Below, piece by piece: positions 35,515-48,483 of a stretch of 64,000 nucleotides of DNA (position 1 is its first letter; each line of letters begins with the position of its first letter). Source of the stretch: the human T2T-CHM13v2.0 reference genome, Homo sapiens; NCBI RefSeq assembly GCF_009914755.1, contig NC_060929.1; one strand, written 5' to 3'. Both the position numbers and the translations under genes were made by a program. Below the pieces are notes generated by a model. The model did no database searches and was not told the DNA's origin. It was given only the letters and a program-made list of their open reading frames with translations.

Positions 35515-37194
35515 ATGCATACATGGTCATTCAATATTACATTTAATGCAAGAAATCCATCAAAATAATTATGTCTAGATCTCTCATAAGTACTATAGGG
35601 ATACAAAGAAGTACATTAACATCTGCTCATGAGTTTACCATCTAGGCATATTAACAGTCTTATTTTAGTTTCCCTTTATTTAGAATGTCACTTACTAGTT
35701 AATAAGCTCCAATGCAGAAAACAATTTATATATCTTGTCTTTATGCTCTACACTCTTGCTTCTTGACAATCCTTTCTTTGTATAGTCACTAGTATATATG
35801 CAACTCATTTCATATTTATGTGTGTGTGTGTATTTTATGTAAGGTTGTTTCTAAATCTTCCCAGGGTAATTGAAGACTGTTTTATTTCTATTCATTGCAA
35901 TATCAGTTTAGCTGTTTTGAGTTACATAATGATTTTAGCTTTGAAGTTAAAGGTCAACCCCAGGGCAAGAAGCACTTTACTGTGAAGCTGGAAATATAAA
36001 GAAGTGTGAATAAAACTGTTCATGACCCTGTGAGTCTCTGTGAGCCAGGACTTAAGCAAGAATTTGAAGGATGTCAAGTGCACACTCACTCCAACAGGCC
36101 ATTATAAATGCCATACAAGTCTCCATAGTATGCAATAAGATTGGTGACACTAGACACATGGTGGGTTGCCTGTAGCAAAACCATGAGATAATTGCATTTA
36201 CATGGAGATCTCTGAGGAGCACAAAGCCCTTTATGGATTTCATTCTGAATCGATTTATGCAATTCCCAAATGTGTTCTGCCAAATTACAAAAGGATAGAT
36301 TATATTCTAACTTTTAAAGACAGAAAAATGAGGCTAACCAAAAAAAAAAAAAAAAAAAACTAATAATAATCAGTATCTTACTGAAAGCCCCGGGAAACAC
36401 TTTTAGAACTGTACATTTTACATGATATTGTCATGCCATTGCACTGTTGTTCTGTAAGCAAGAGCCCGCTACTACTACGCAGACGCTGAGGGAGGCCTCG
36501 GAAAACAATTTCATGCAGCTTTCACTTTCAGGTTTATAGGCTCTCACAAAAAGTTCAGAAGTTCAATTTGATGACATAATAAGAAGTTCAAGGGTTCCCA
36601 ATCTATGACTGAAAGTAATACCATGAAATTAAAGTATGTAGATTATTTTTCCCTTTCACATGCTAAGAACAATTTCTGTTTCTAGATGGACAGAAAATTC
36701 AGAAAGAACTCTGCTTAGGCATTTTTCCATTTCTATCTTACATTAAATTTTCAAAGAGGGGTGAAAATTATTTTAAAAGTGGGGAAAATGAGAAATTCCT
36801 GGTGTTGCAGGGAAGTGGACACACTGAATGTGAATCTTACAGGACACTGCCAGCCCAGGGAGTCTCTGTGCTGGGTTTGGCCCCAGGGTTCAGATTTCTA
36901 AATTCCTTCTGTTGAAGAAACTCTCCTCTGAGAGGAACTTCCTCTTCTCTGAGAAAGCCTCTTTCTCCCAAATGCGGTTGATGGTGCTTTGGGTTTCACA
37001 AGTCAAAATTAAGTTTTAAACACTTCTAGGTATGCCAGCTTCCACTTTTTAGCACTGGTAAAACAGCTAAAGTCAAGGGAATAGAAATAGCTGGTTAGCC
37101 TCACTTTCATACTTTTAAAACACTGAAAACTAAAAACATCAATAAAGTTCACCCTTTTAAACTTTGTGGAGTATTTTTTGACCAAACTTAAAAT

Positions 37195-37489
37195 ATGGAT
37201 GAAGATGGAAACTATCATTCTCAGCAAACTAACACAGGAACAGGAAACCAAACACTGCATGTTCTCACTCATAAGTGGGAATTGAACAATGAGAACACAC
37301 TGACACAGGGAAGGGAACATCACACACCGGGGCCTGGGGTCAGGCCCTAGGGGAGGGATAGCATTAGGAGAAATACCTAATGTAGATGACAGGTTGATGG
37401 GTGCAGCAAACCACCATGGCATGTGTATACCTATGTAACAAACCTGCACGTTCTGCACATGTATCCCAGAACTTAAAGTATAATTAAAG
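37195..37489 (+). mobile_element. 5'-truncated L1PA7/8-like 3' end
   Basis: ctaggggagggatagcattaggagaaatacctaatgtagatgacaggttgatgggtgcagcaaacc...gtatcccagaacttaaagtataat; TSD aaatatgg (37191-37198 / 37490-37497) at a TT/AAAA site. Confidence 0.95.
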
Positions 37490-37775
37490 AAATATGGGAA
37501 AGACTCCTAATAATTAGAATCTAAAGAGTGATACTGCTGTTCACTTTAGTTGATAAATATGAGAATGAGGTTTTATCAAACTGGTAATATATATTTGTAA
37601 ATTTTTAGGACAAAATCATCTTATTTATAGGATATTATTTTCAACAGATAATTCAATTTATGTAACATCGTAACATCTAGATTCCTGATTTTCAAAACTA
37701 AGACTATAACATGATGAAGAATGCTGCATAGGCCATTGATCTAGGCAATGAGCCATCATATAGGCAGTTAGGGCC

Positions 37776-38135
37776 TATAGTAGTCCATTTTCATGCTGCT
37801 GATAAAAACATACCTAAGACTGGGTAATTTATAAAGAAAAAGAGTTTTAATGGACTCAGTTCCATGTGGCTGGTAAGGCCTTACAAACATGGCGGAATGC
37901 AAAAGGCATGTCTTACATCGTGGGTGGCAAGAGAAAATGAGAGCCAAGGGTAAGGGGTTTCCCCTTATAAAACCATCAGATCTCATGAGACTTATTCACC
38001 ACTAAGAGAACTGTATGGAGGAAACCATCCCCCTGATTCAATTATCTCTCACCAGGTCTATCCCACAACTTGTGGGAATTATGGGAGCTACAATTCAAGA
38101 TAAGATTTGGTTGGGGACACAGTTAAACCATATCA
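37776..38135 (-). mobile_element. THE1B/C MaLR solo LTR
   Basis: Minus strand starts tgatatggttt..tgtgtccccaaccaaatct; perfect 5-bp TSD GGGCC at 37771-37775 and 38136-38140. Confidence 0.96.
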
Positions 38136-38376
38136 GGGCCAGAACTGTAATAGCAGCAACATGGAAACAATTTCCCTGGGATTTGCACCAGGGGCATGGA
38201 GGCATAGGTTTATAAGAAAATGATTTTGCATAGTCGTATAGCCCAGTTATACAACTAGAGATGTTCTCTCTCCTTGAATCTTCATCTGCAATTATGAAAT
38301 GTGGGACTTAATTGTCCAGGGCAGGCTTTTATAGAATTTGGATGGATTCTATGAATTCTCTGACATTACATGCAAA

Positions 38377-38420
38377 GTGTGTGTCTGCGTGTGTGTGTGT
38401 GTATGTGTGTGTGTGTATAC
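38377..38420. repeat. Interrupted (TG)n microsatellite
   Basis: Read directly from the sequence. Confidence 0.9.
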
Positions 38421-38559
38421 GTGTTTCTTTGTGGAGAGAAGATACATCATTTCCCTCAAGATTTTCATGAAAATACATATTGAAACAAAAGGAGGGCCAG
38501 GGGTATGTACGAGCCTGCAGACAGTATGGTCCAGCAGAGTTAAGTTCCACCAAGGGGTT

Positions 38560-38780
38560 GAGATTAGGGGTTGCGCTAGTGTCAGTCTATCACTAAACAA
38601 TGTTTGACCTTAGGCGAGTTACCTAATCTCTTCATGTCTCAGTTTTCTCAACCATGAAATGGGGGAAATAATACCCTGCACCTGCCTTTTTCAGCTCATA
38701 GGGCTGTGATGAGGATCAAATAAGAATTTGTAAGGAAATCCATTGCATTAAAGTGTTCTACATACACGTGGCTTATGGGG
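38560..38780 (+). mobile_element. MIR
   Basis: tgaccttaggcgagttacctaatctcttcatgtctcagttttctcaaccatgaaatggggg...tagggctgtgatgaggatcaaataag. Confidence 0.85.
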
Positions 38781-39039
38781 ATCAGTCTCTTCTATTCTCC
38801 CCTAAATCCCTGACCCCTCCTTACTCCCCAGCCCCCATAAACTTTCTGTGAGAGAATCCAGCCCTCACAGTTAATTCTCTCATATAACACTAAATAATAC
38901 TGCCTCTGCGCTAGTCAACTTTTTATACATTTTCACATTTCTGAAGTATTGAAGATGTTATTAGGCTCCACCCTCACTGGATATGTCAGTCCTCTTCTCT
39001 TTTTAGTAAACTTTCACCTGTCACCCAATATCCAGCTCC

Positions 39040-39300
39040 ATTACTTTCCTGGGTCAAGTTTTTCCTCCAAAGCTACAGGAAAGCCCTCTCCTTGTGCTTC
39101 TTCAGATCTCTCCTCAGGTCTTTCTTATAGCACTTAAGAAGACCTCTTGAGCTTATTTATTTACTGGGCCTTCTGTTTCACTAGGCTCTCAGCACTTTGT
39201 CTTCATTCCTCTTTAAATAAATCTCCAACCAACCATTGCACATGGCCATGTACATAGTAGACACATGGTAAGACAGTTATTGAATAAGGAAATTGATATA
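39040..39300 (+). mobile_element. L2 3' end fragment
   Basis: tttcttatagcactt...cactaggctctc...catagtagacacatggtaag...ttgaataag. Confidence 0.55.
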
Positions 39301-40518
39301 AACTGCATTTCTATAGAGAAATCTTTGTAAAACATGCTGCAATTTCTGGAGAAAGTGCAACAACTTTCCACAGTTTTGCTGCGTGTGGTATAATGCATAT
39401 GCTACTAAATTGCATGGTTTTCCAGTAGAGAACATCATTTGTGCCATATTTTAACTATATGCTAGCATCTTTTATAGTCAATTTCTCTAGTGTTTTATTT
39501 TTCAAAGCAAATGTAGTTCCTTAAACTTGCCAGTTTCATTTGTATTTTTGGATGGATCCCTTATAGAATTTTGCACACATTGATTCTGTTTGAGAACATT
39601 ATGCTGAGCCCTAGTTTCAAAGTACCTATTACATGCCCTTTCAAAATTAAATAAAAAAGAATTCAAGGCTACATCAAAATTGTAAAGCTAAGAGTAAAAA
39701 CATGTTGCTTATCTTGATCATTTTAACCTACCTAAAATGGTTGAATGTGGCCTAATACTTATGTTCCTCTTTGCTAGGAATCTTTCCACCATCAAGAGGG
39801 AGTAAGAGAAAATTTGTATCAGATAGTAGCTTGCAGTGCTAAAAGCAACACTTCCTCTTGTCACCTCCAATCATATGCTAGCTAGAATTTAATTTGGGTT
39901 CCTCTACTAGTTGTGTACTAAAGACAAGCAAGGGAAACATAGGCAGTCCCTCTTGCAAGAACAGAGTGGCTAAACTCCTTCACGTGTGATTTTCACTCTC
40001 TGTCATGATAGGACCCACATTGATCCTATCTACCAATCAGCAGAATATTCCAGGTACTCTCTCCTGAGATCTACTCCACCAAATGTAAGCTTTCTTTTGA
40101 CAGTGCCCCACCATTTTATTAATAGATAACAATAATGCAGCCGTTTTGAACATCTCAGCTTAAGAACAGGTAGCAATTACCATATATATTGCCATGTTGC
40201 TGTAATGTTAGATATAGAGTTGTAATCTATAATTGTATAAAAAGTTTAGCCCTCCCAATTTGTTCCTTATTTTATTGAGCATACCTGGTTTCTACAAACA
40301 ATCCTGTGTTTTAAATTCATCATGATCCAAACTTTTGCTTTGAGAAGAAAGAACGTTCCCAAAGAAATAACTGCTCAACTTTGAAATGTGAGCCCCCTTT
40401 TATTCTTTCTGACTTTAAGGATAGCATCTTCCTAAGTTGACCAGAAAACAAACTCCAGAATGAAAATAAATGTCAGATCTTAAGCCCGGTAGGAGCAATG
40501 TGATGCTACTTTAGCAAT

Positions 40519-40963
40519 TTTTTAAAAAATAATTGTTAATTGACACACAATAACTATGCATATTTATGGGATACACAGTGATGTTGCAGTACATATAATG
40601 TATAGTGATCAGATCAGGGTAATTAGCATATCTATCATCTCAAATCTTTATTACTTCTTTGTGTTGAGAACATCCAATGTCTTTCTTCTAGCTATCTGAA
40701 ACTATATAGTATATTATTGTTAACTATAGTCATCCTACAGTTCTAAAGAACACTATAACTTACTCCTCCTATCTTGCTGTAAATTTTAACAAATCTCCTC
40801 CCATCCTACCTTTTTTTCCTTCCCTTCCTACCCTCTAATATCCTCTGTTCTACTATTTACTTTGATAAAATCTACTTTTTCTAAGCTCCCACAAATAAAT
40901 GAGAACATGCAGTGTTTAACTTTCTGTTCTGGGCTTATTTCACTTAGCATAGTGTTCTTCAAG
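40519..40963 (-). mobile_element. L1MA2-4-like 3' fragment
   Basis: gtgatcagatcagggtaattagcatatctatcatctcaaa...ttgttaactatagtcatcctacag...ggcttatttcacttagcatag. Confidence 0.92.
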
Positions 40964-41879
40964 TTAAAAGAGTGTGGTCAGTTAGTTGAGTTAACCTGGG
41001 GCCATGATAATACAAAATATAAATTTATCATTTGATCTCTTACGTAGTCACATTGCATTGCTTTCATATGAAATTAGGAAGAATACCCACTGATGTCTCT
41101 CAGTCTAAGATTTTCTCTTACTCACATTTTCATTCTGATATTGATGCTCCCTGAAATTTGTTCTAGCTCTGACTTTCCCAATATCAGATGCCTTAAATGA
41201 TTTGAAGTTTTATAATGTGAGGTACAAAATACTGTTTTTGTCTTCTGTCTTTCCTCAGACTGTCTCTATTGCATGCTCTGTCTCATGGAATAACAAGGAT
41301 CTTCTCTACCCCCAACCCTCCCCAACTTAGCGTGAAGACAATCTCAATATGATAAATCTAAGCATATGTGGATGCAAGAACTTATAAGTATCTTAATTGG
41401 TTGCAGAAATATTAATACTTGATATTGCCAACTGAAACATATTATTTTCCAATAAAACCCAATGAAATTTTATTGAGGATGATCAAAGAACATTTTCATT
41501 TTAATATCATTCAGGGCACTTTGGGTCCATAATACTATTATAGTTGCTGTGCATTGCAAACTCTGATTCTGTGCTCCTTTTCTTCCAAAATTATTTGTAA
41601 ACTACTCAAGAACATAGGGTAATCTCAGAATTATAAGTTCTCCAACACTATCTTTTTATATGCTTATATTCATGTTTTCTCTTCAGCCTGGAAGAGCTGT
41701 ATTTTGAAATTTCGGGGCAAACAAAAACTCCTCTGCTGAGCTTCCTCTCTCTCTCAAATATTACTTTATACATTATGAGATTTAGGATTATAAAGGTAAG
41801 AGCAGTAAATTGTGGGCGACCCTAAAAGGTTGGCAAACATGATTAAAATTTATTCAATCTAGAACAAAGACATAATTCT

Positions 41880-43110
41880 CCTCATTCATCCCAAAATGTG
41901 TATCTAATATAGACCACGAAAGGAGATGTAATTACTCCCTTGATGAAACTAACAATCTGGATAAAGAAATCACATAAATAAATTTAAAATTTAAAATTGT
42001 GACTATGACAAATAAAGAAGAGAGGTATATAGTAATGTGAGAGCACATAATAGAAATTTAACTTATATAAGAAGGTTTAAAAAAAGCATCCTTAAAGAAT
42101 TAACACTTTGACCTGCTATCTGAAGGATAACCAACATTTATCTGAAAGAACTAAGGAGACTTGCTCTGTTTAGGGACTAAGGTCCCAAAAGAAGGCCAAT
42201 GTGGTTTAAGAAGATAGATGAGAGTGAGAAATGAATCAAGTTGAGTTTGGAAAAAAATGGTATAGGCCTTACAGCTAGTGCCTGGTAGGCAAGTTCAGGA
42301 ATTTGGTGTTTATCCCAAGAATTATCAGAAACATTTGAAGAGTTTTAAGCAATGGGGGAAGCAGATGGCGTGATATGTTTTGGCTCTGCGTCCCCATCCA
42401 AATATAACCTTGAATCGTAATAACTCCCACATGTCAAGGGTGGGACCAGGTAGAGGTAATTGAATCATGGGGGCAGTTTATCCCATGCTGTTCTTGTGAT
42501 AATGAGTGAGTCTCATGATATGATATCGGATGGTTTTACAAGCAGATGGCATTTCCCCTGCTTGCACTCATTCTCTCTCCTGCCACCCTGTGAAGAGGTG
42601 CCTTCTGTCATGATTGTAAGTTTCCTGAAGCTCCCCAGCCATGCAGAACTCAGAGTCAATTAAACATCTTTTCTTTATAAATTACCCAGTCTCGGGTATT
42701 TTTTCATAGCAGCATGAGAATTGGCTAATACATGGAGTATGAGGAGTGACAAAGAAAATAGCATACGATTAAATGGGTACTTCTGAAAACATTCTTCTGG
42801 CTGTATGAAAAGAGTAGATTTAAGAGTACAAGTAGATGAGGTGGGACAGTCAGCTGGCATCACAGAATCTGAAGCAGGGAAAATGGCAGGATGGATTAGC
42901 ATAGGAACAGTGAATTCGAAGTGAAGTGACATTGAAGAGATACTTAGGAGATAGAGTTATCGGGACTTGGGCATGGAGGGACACTGGGTAGGTTTTATGG
43001 AGGGGTTTGAAAAGGACTCAAATTTCTGACAAGGTATTACATTTGAGTTCTATTTCTTGAGATACCTAATATTGAAAGAAGAATCAGATTTCAGGAGAAA
43101 GACTAAGAGT
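41880..43110 (-). mobile_element. L2 fragment interrupted by a THE1 LTR
   Basis: gaaggccaatgtgg...ggaatttggtgtttatcc...gaagagttttaagca on the left; gaaaacattcttctggctgtatg...gagatacttaggag on the right. Confidence 0.75.
42371..42732 (+). mobile_element. THE1D-type MaLR solo LTR
   Basis: tgatatgttttggctctgcgtccccatccaaat...ttataaattacccagtctcgggtatt...ctaataca; TSD tggcg/tggag. Confidence 0.95.
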
Positions 43111-43849
43111 TAGGAGCTATCTGAGTAGTAGCAGCACAAAAATAATGATCTTTTACAAAGATAAATTAAGTATATATATGCAGGGTGAATTGGGTATTGT
43201 AATAATGGAAATAATAAAAGCAGGTAGAAAACTATTGTAGTAGTCTCTGTGCCAGACACCAAACAGAAAGCTCAAACCAAATAAATAAGTTTTTAAAAAT
43301 TTTCTTTTTCATTATAAACCAAAATTTGAATGCATTTTGTAGATGATTTGCAAAGAGGAAGGCGGAAGAGACTATTTAGGCAAAGATTTATTAGAAATTA
43401 ATTCTTACTTTTCTTTTGGAATAGGATTATCTTTTGTGGGAAATGGGATTCTAAAGTGCTTTATTGGATAATAGCCAATTTAAATTTTAGCAAATTAAAA
43501 TATAAGGAATATTTTAGGCATAGAATGTAGTTTGAAGGCCAGGACAGAGAAAACTTTTCACAAGGCAGTACAAATTTTTTTCTGTTCCCTCTGTATTCCT
43601 AGGGTTATTGCCTTGTTCTTCTATTCTACCATCTTCTCCTCTCCTCCGCTGCTAGTTACTTCCAGTAGACTAGTGTTGCCTTATGATCAAATGTAAACGC
43701 ATAGACAAAATGTGTTTATGCAGTGTACATAGTTAAGAGCTACCAAATATTCACCATTATATAAAATTACCGATATACTTTTAAGTTTAAAAACAAATTT
43801 GTGTTTTTAGGAAACATGGGAAAGGTTTTCCTTTCAATTAAAAAGCAAA

Positions 43850-44120
43850 ACAGAGTAAGACATGAGAAACTGCCTTCTTCTGATTATTATAGGTCCATGT
43901 GAAATAGTGATATCTATAACTGTGATAATCACCTTGTAGTCATACGATCAAACTTGAGATCAAAGCCAACTGAGAATAGCAGAAAGGAAAGAGTTAAATA
44001 ATATGGTCACTTAGTGACATAGTTTTGACACTGAATTTTAAAACCCTGTAATGTCTCATCTCCAGATTAATTTTTTTGAAAAATGATAAATTTCTTCCTG
44101 GTTTAAACCATTTCAGTTTA
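43850..44120 (+). mobile_element. MLT1J/K-like LTR fragment
   Basis: aaagccaactgagaatagcaga...gtgacatagttttgacactg...tgataaatttcttcctggtttaaaccattt. Confidence 0.5.
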
Positions 44121-44489
44121 CTTCTTATAAAAAGGTACTTTTCATCCCCTCCCTACAAACTTCAACTTTCCCATAGTGATTTTTTTTTTACCAATTTACC
44201 AACTTTTGAATAATAATATAAATGACTTTTAAATCCTTAAAAAATAACTCCCTTTAATCCAGATAAAATGTTTGTTTGATTACAAATGAGTATAAATGCA
44301 CATGGAAGGCATATAATAAACTGTGACTTGTAAAATCCAAAATAACCCAGCGAACTCAACAACACAAACTTAGTCTCTAATCAGTAGTGAATTGTCATGT
44401 TGGTGGCATATTCATATCTATGTATTTGCCTATGTCTATATTTGTTTTAGCATAAAGGTATGGATGATTTACTTGAATTGCAGTGAATG

Positions 44490-44654
44490 CCTATCCTAAG
44501 GTCCACCCAGATATTCCAGGATAATCTCCCAATTTTAAGATTCTAAATGTAATCATGTCTGCAAAGATCTTTTTACCCATAAATGATAATATTCACAGTC
44601 TCCAGGGAATAGGACATGGGCATCTTTGGGGTGGCCATTATTCAGCCTTCCACA
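44490..44654 (-). mobile_element. MLT1D/E-type LTR 5' fragment
   Basis: cccagatattccaggataatctccc...ctgcaaagatc...attcacag...catctttggggtggccattattcagccttccaca. Confidence 0.8.
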
Positions 44655-45008
44655 CTGAAAACTTGGACAATGGATCATTTTGGGTAGGTATATTTCCCAG
44701 ATAGCTAATTTTATACTTATTTCTTATTAGCCAAATTATATTGTATTGCTATATTTTTGAAACACAGTAACTATTTCATGATTTTTATGCACTTATCCTT
44801 GATAAGTCAGAATTATTCCTTTAGCTATTATTTTACTTTGTAAAATATAATGATGATTACAGAATCAATTGTTGTGGAGCGTTTGATTCCCTACAATTAT
44901 TTATCCCGTCCTAGTGATTTATATTGGATTTTCTTTCCTCTATGCACTTATACATGAGTAAAACTTCCCATAGTTTCTGTATTTCTCCTTCTTCTTCATT
45001 GTCTATCC

Positions 45009-45167
45009 CAGTGGTTTTCAAACTGTGGCCCCGGACACAGCAACAAATTCATATGGAAACTTGTAAAAAATACAGATTCTCAGAAAGCAATTTAGCCTTG
45101 CTGAATCAGATATCCTGGGGATGATGTCTTGAGTTTCTGATATTTCTGGAGATTCTGAGAACCACTG
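45009..45167. mobile_element. MER5A (hAT-Charlie) MITE
   Basis: Terminal inverted repeats cagtggttttca / tgagaaccactg; 8-bp TSD gtctatcc / gtctatca. Confidence 0.9.
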
Positions 45168-45830
45168 GTCTATCAAATATATTCAATTCTCTGTGAGTGT
45201 TGTCTGTTTGTAATAGAACCTCTGCACTTTGTTCTTTGCTGCTTATAATGTACTATGAGATATAATGTATTTGAGATTGGAAATCATATGTCTACTCTAG
45301 TTGTAACTATCTTCAATATAAGATCACAAAGGCTCTGAGTGAAAATTAGAAATTTCTTGTAAGAATAGAGTTCATGAACTTTAATAAATATGCCATTAAC
45401 TATCAATATTAGCTAATTTAAATAATATTTTACTTGTTTCTTAGGCTTCTATTAGGTCACTCTGAGACAATGTTTTGTATATTTGATTAAATTTTATAAA
45501 GACCAGGTAAAACTGAAGAGGTGAGGTTAAAAAGTTACAATCTAGATTTTCCAGAAATTTTCAATTTTAGGCAATTATTTTTTAAAAAAGAAAGTGAATT
45601 CTCAAATATATAACTGAAGACATATGTTTATGTATTTATTTAAATGTTCAAATATTATCAAAGATTTAAAACCTTTAACCGTTTTATCCTAATAAATAGT
45701 CCCTTCTGAAAAGTTTTATCCAAAAATGTCAAATATTTTGAAAATATGGCACTACAGCTGGATCTACAAATAACTGGATATATATGTTCAATTTTGTTAC
45801 ATTTCATGACTACAACAGCAGAAAAGAAGT

Positions 45831-46553
45831 TGTAATTGTCCGACTGGTTTATCTTGCCCACTGTGCAGATACAACCAATTTACTAAGACAGTGGTATTGC
45901 AATAAAGAAACAGCTTAATAAATTCAGAGGCAGCTAAGTGTATGATTAAATTTTATTACTCAAATCATTCTCTCTGAAAATTTGGAGATTAGGGTTTTTT
46001 AAGGATAATTTCTTGAGCATGAGGCTAGGGAAAGGGAATTCTGATTGGGTAGATCATAGATGAAATCCTAGGGGATAAAAGCTGTCTTCTTGCTGTCTTC
46101 ATTTCCTGTGTGGGATTGCAAAATCAGATGAGCCAGTTTACCTGTCTGGGTGGCACCAGCTGGTCCATCAGAATTCAGTCTAAAAAATACCTCAAAAGCC
46201 AATCTTGGATTTTACAGTAATGATGTATCTATAGGAACAGTTGGAGAGGTTAGGAATAAGTCCTGAGCCATAATTTCTAATCTTCAATCTAATTTGTTAG
46301 TTCTACAAAGGCAGCTTGTGTCCCTAAGCAAGGAGTGGGTTTGTTCAGGAAGGGACTGTTATTAGTTTTGCTTCAAAATTAAACTCTAAACTAAATTTCT
46401 CCCAAAGTTCGCTTGGCCTATACCCAGGCATAAACAAAGGCAGCTTGGAAGTTGAAGGCAACATGAAATCAGTTAGGTCAGATCTCTTTTGCTGTCATAA
46501 TTTTCCTATAATAGACTTGTTTTACTGTTCTAATTTTTGCAAAGGCAGTTTCA
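45831..46553 (-). mobile_element. LTR8-family (LTR8A/B) ERV1 solo LTR
   Basis: Minus strand begins tgaaactgcctttgcaaaa and contains gatggaccagctggtgccacccaga; TG...CA termini; 4-bp TSD aagt on both sides. Confidence 0.92.
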
Positions 46554-46681
46554 AAGTTGTAAACTTTAAACTATGTCTCTAAGTATCATATTTAAAGAGA
46601 CTAAATTATGTTGGTTAGGCCTTATTTTGTGAAAAGCATGTTATTGAATGAATATAACAATTCAGTATCATTCCTTATATG

Positions 46682-47584
46682 TGTAAGCCAAAAATGAAAT
46701 TCTACTCCCCACAACCAACTGAACAAACCCCACTTCTTAGCCAAGGGGATCCCAAAGAAACCAGAACAACTAGTTCAGGCCATGGCAGGAAGAGAAGCTG
46801 AACATGCACTGTTATATCTCTGCCCATTGGAATTTAGGCACAACTGACCAATACTGACATTAAAATGGAGATAATGAAACTAACAACACAGATTCTTTGT
46901 AGCAATAAGACATCAAATTCTAACTTAACTCTGGCATAGCATCACAAAACAGATAGTAGGCCCTAAGGAAATCAAAGGACTTTACCCCAAAATATATTTC
47001 TTTGACAAATTTTGAAATGGCCCTGCAAAACCATCTTGTGTGTGGGAAATTTGCATTCTGTAGAGAATCTCTTTCCTTTTCTAGGTATTTTCCAGGATCC
47101 AGAAGAGATTTAACTAAAAGTATGACATATTTTAAGGTCCCAGAAGGGACATTTATCATCTATTTCCTCTGAAGCCTGTAACTTAGAGGCTTCATCTATA
47201 TAACAAGAACCTTGGCTTCCACTATTCCCCTTACCTTAACTCAAGCATTTCCTTCTACTAACTTCAACTCTTTAGGCAAAGCTTAATTCTTTCAACCAAT
47301 TGCCAATCAGAAAATCTTTGAATCCACCTATGAACTGTAAGCCTCCCACCTCTCCTTCAAGATGTCCCACCTATCTGAACCAATGTATATCTTACATGTA
47401 TTGATTTATGTCTTTGCCTGTAATTTCCAACTCCCTAAACTGTGTAAAACCAGGCTGTAACCCAACCACCTCAGACACATGTTCTAAAGACCTTTTGATA
47501 CTATATCCAGGCCATAGTCACTCATATTTGCCTCAGAGTAAACCTCTTTAAATGCTTTACAGAGTTTGTCTTTTTTCATCAACA
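46682..47584 (+). mobile_element. MER4D-like ERV1 solo LTR
   Basis: tgtaagccaaaaatgaaattcta...ctagttcaggccatg...ttttaccccaaaatatatttctttgac...tacagagtttgtcttttttcatcaaca; 4-bp TSD tatg. Confidence 0.92.
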
Positions 47585-48054
47585 TATGAAATGTAAGACT
47601 TTTGGAAATAATTTAACAAAACAGAATCTGGTTAAATGATTGGCTTTATGAATGAAAAACAAACTGTGACGATTAGTGTACTAGTTAAATGTACTTAGTC
47701 ATAGTATTGACATGTCAACATATATGTTCATATTAACATGCTTTTTCTACAAAAGTTACATTTTACCGTTTAAAAATGTATTTCTATATCCTTTCAGTGA
47801 CTATATTTTTAAAGATAAATGCCCAAGGAGTGTTGCTGTACTTGTGAACAAGCATAGCTGGAATTATATCACACGTCTTCCTGAATTAAACATTGCCTTT
47901 CACTAGAAAGAAAAAAGTCTTTCATGTACTTTTAGTATTATTTAATAAAATACCTTTTATGCACAGAAAACAGTTACTTGGAAATAAATTACAAACATTA
48001 TACAACAAAATAAAAGTACACAGACTTCAATTGATAATTGGACATAATCATTAG

Positions 48055-48483
48055 TAGACTCTGTGTTCTACCCAGATCCTCTCAGGCCTTACCATTGTAC
48101 TGCATCAAAGCTCAGACCTCAATGGTCTGAGGGCATTCTCTATGGGCCACAATGCATTCTGCCATGTGGAGGACAGGCTGCTGACCTTCTGGGAACAGCC
48201 TGCAAACAATGGCTGACAAGAGTTGGTGAGTAAGAACCCTGGCTTCCTTGTCCCTCAGAGGAATAATTCTGAGACACATGTTCTATGTGAATCATCAACA
48301 CTTACAGTAGGATTAAGAAATATTTACCTACAATAGCAACTGATATGATCACTCACTCTGTATTGGCTTTCTTTTCTTCCACATCTCTCTTTCTTAGTCA
48401 CATCCCAGCATATCCTGGGATCATCTTCGAAAAAATCCTTATGATTGTCTCATGTCCACTTCTAGGGGAAGCCAATCTAAAAA
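48055..48483 (+). mobile_element. LTR16-family ERVL LTR
   Basis: gggaacagcc..aaacaatggctgacaagagttggtg...ggaataattctgagac...cttctaggggaagccaatctaa. Confidence 0.7.

Noticed and set aside
36340-36359. A20 tract as the tail of a hidden retrocopy
   Set aside because: No TSD, poly(A) signal or recognisable body upstream apart from a short MIR-like stretch.
37009-37458. 149-aa minus-strand ORF, the longest in the track
   Set aside because: Mostly an antisense translation of the L1PA 3'UTR, a common artefactual peptide.
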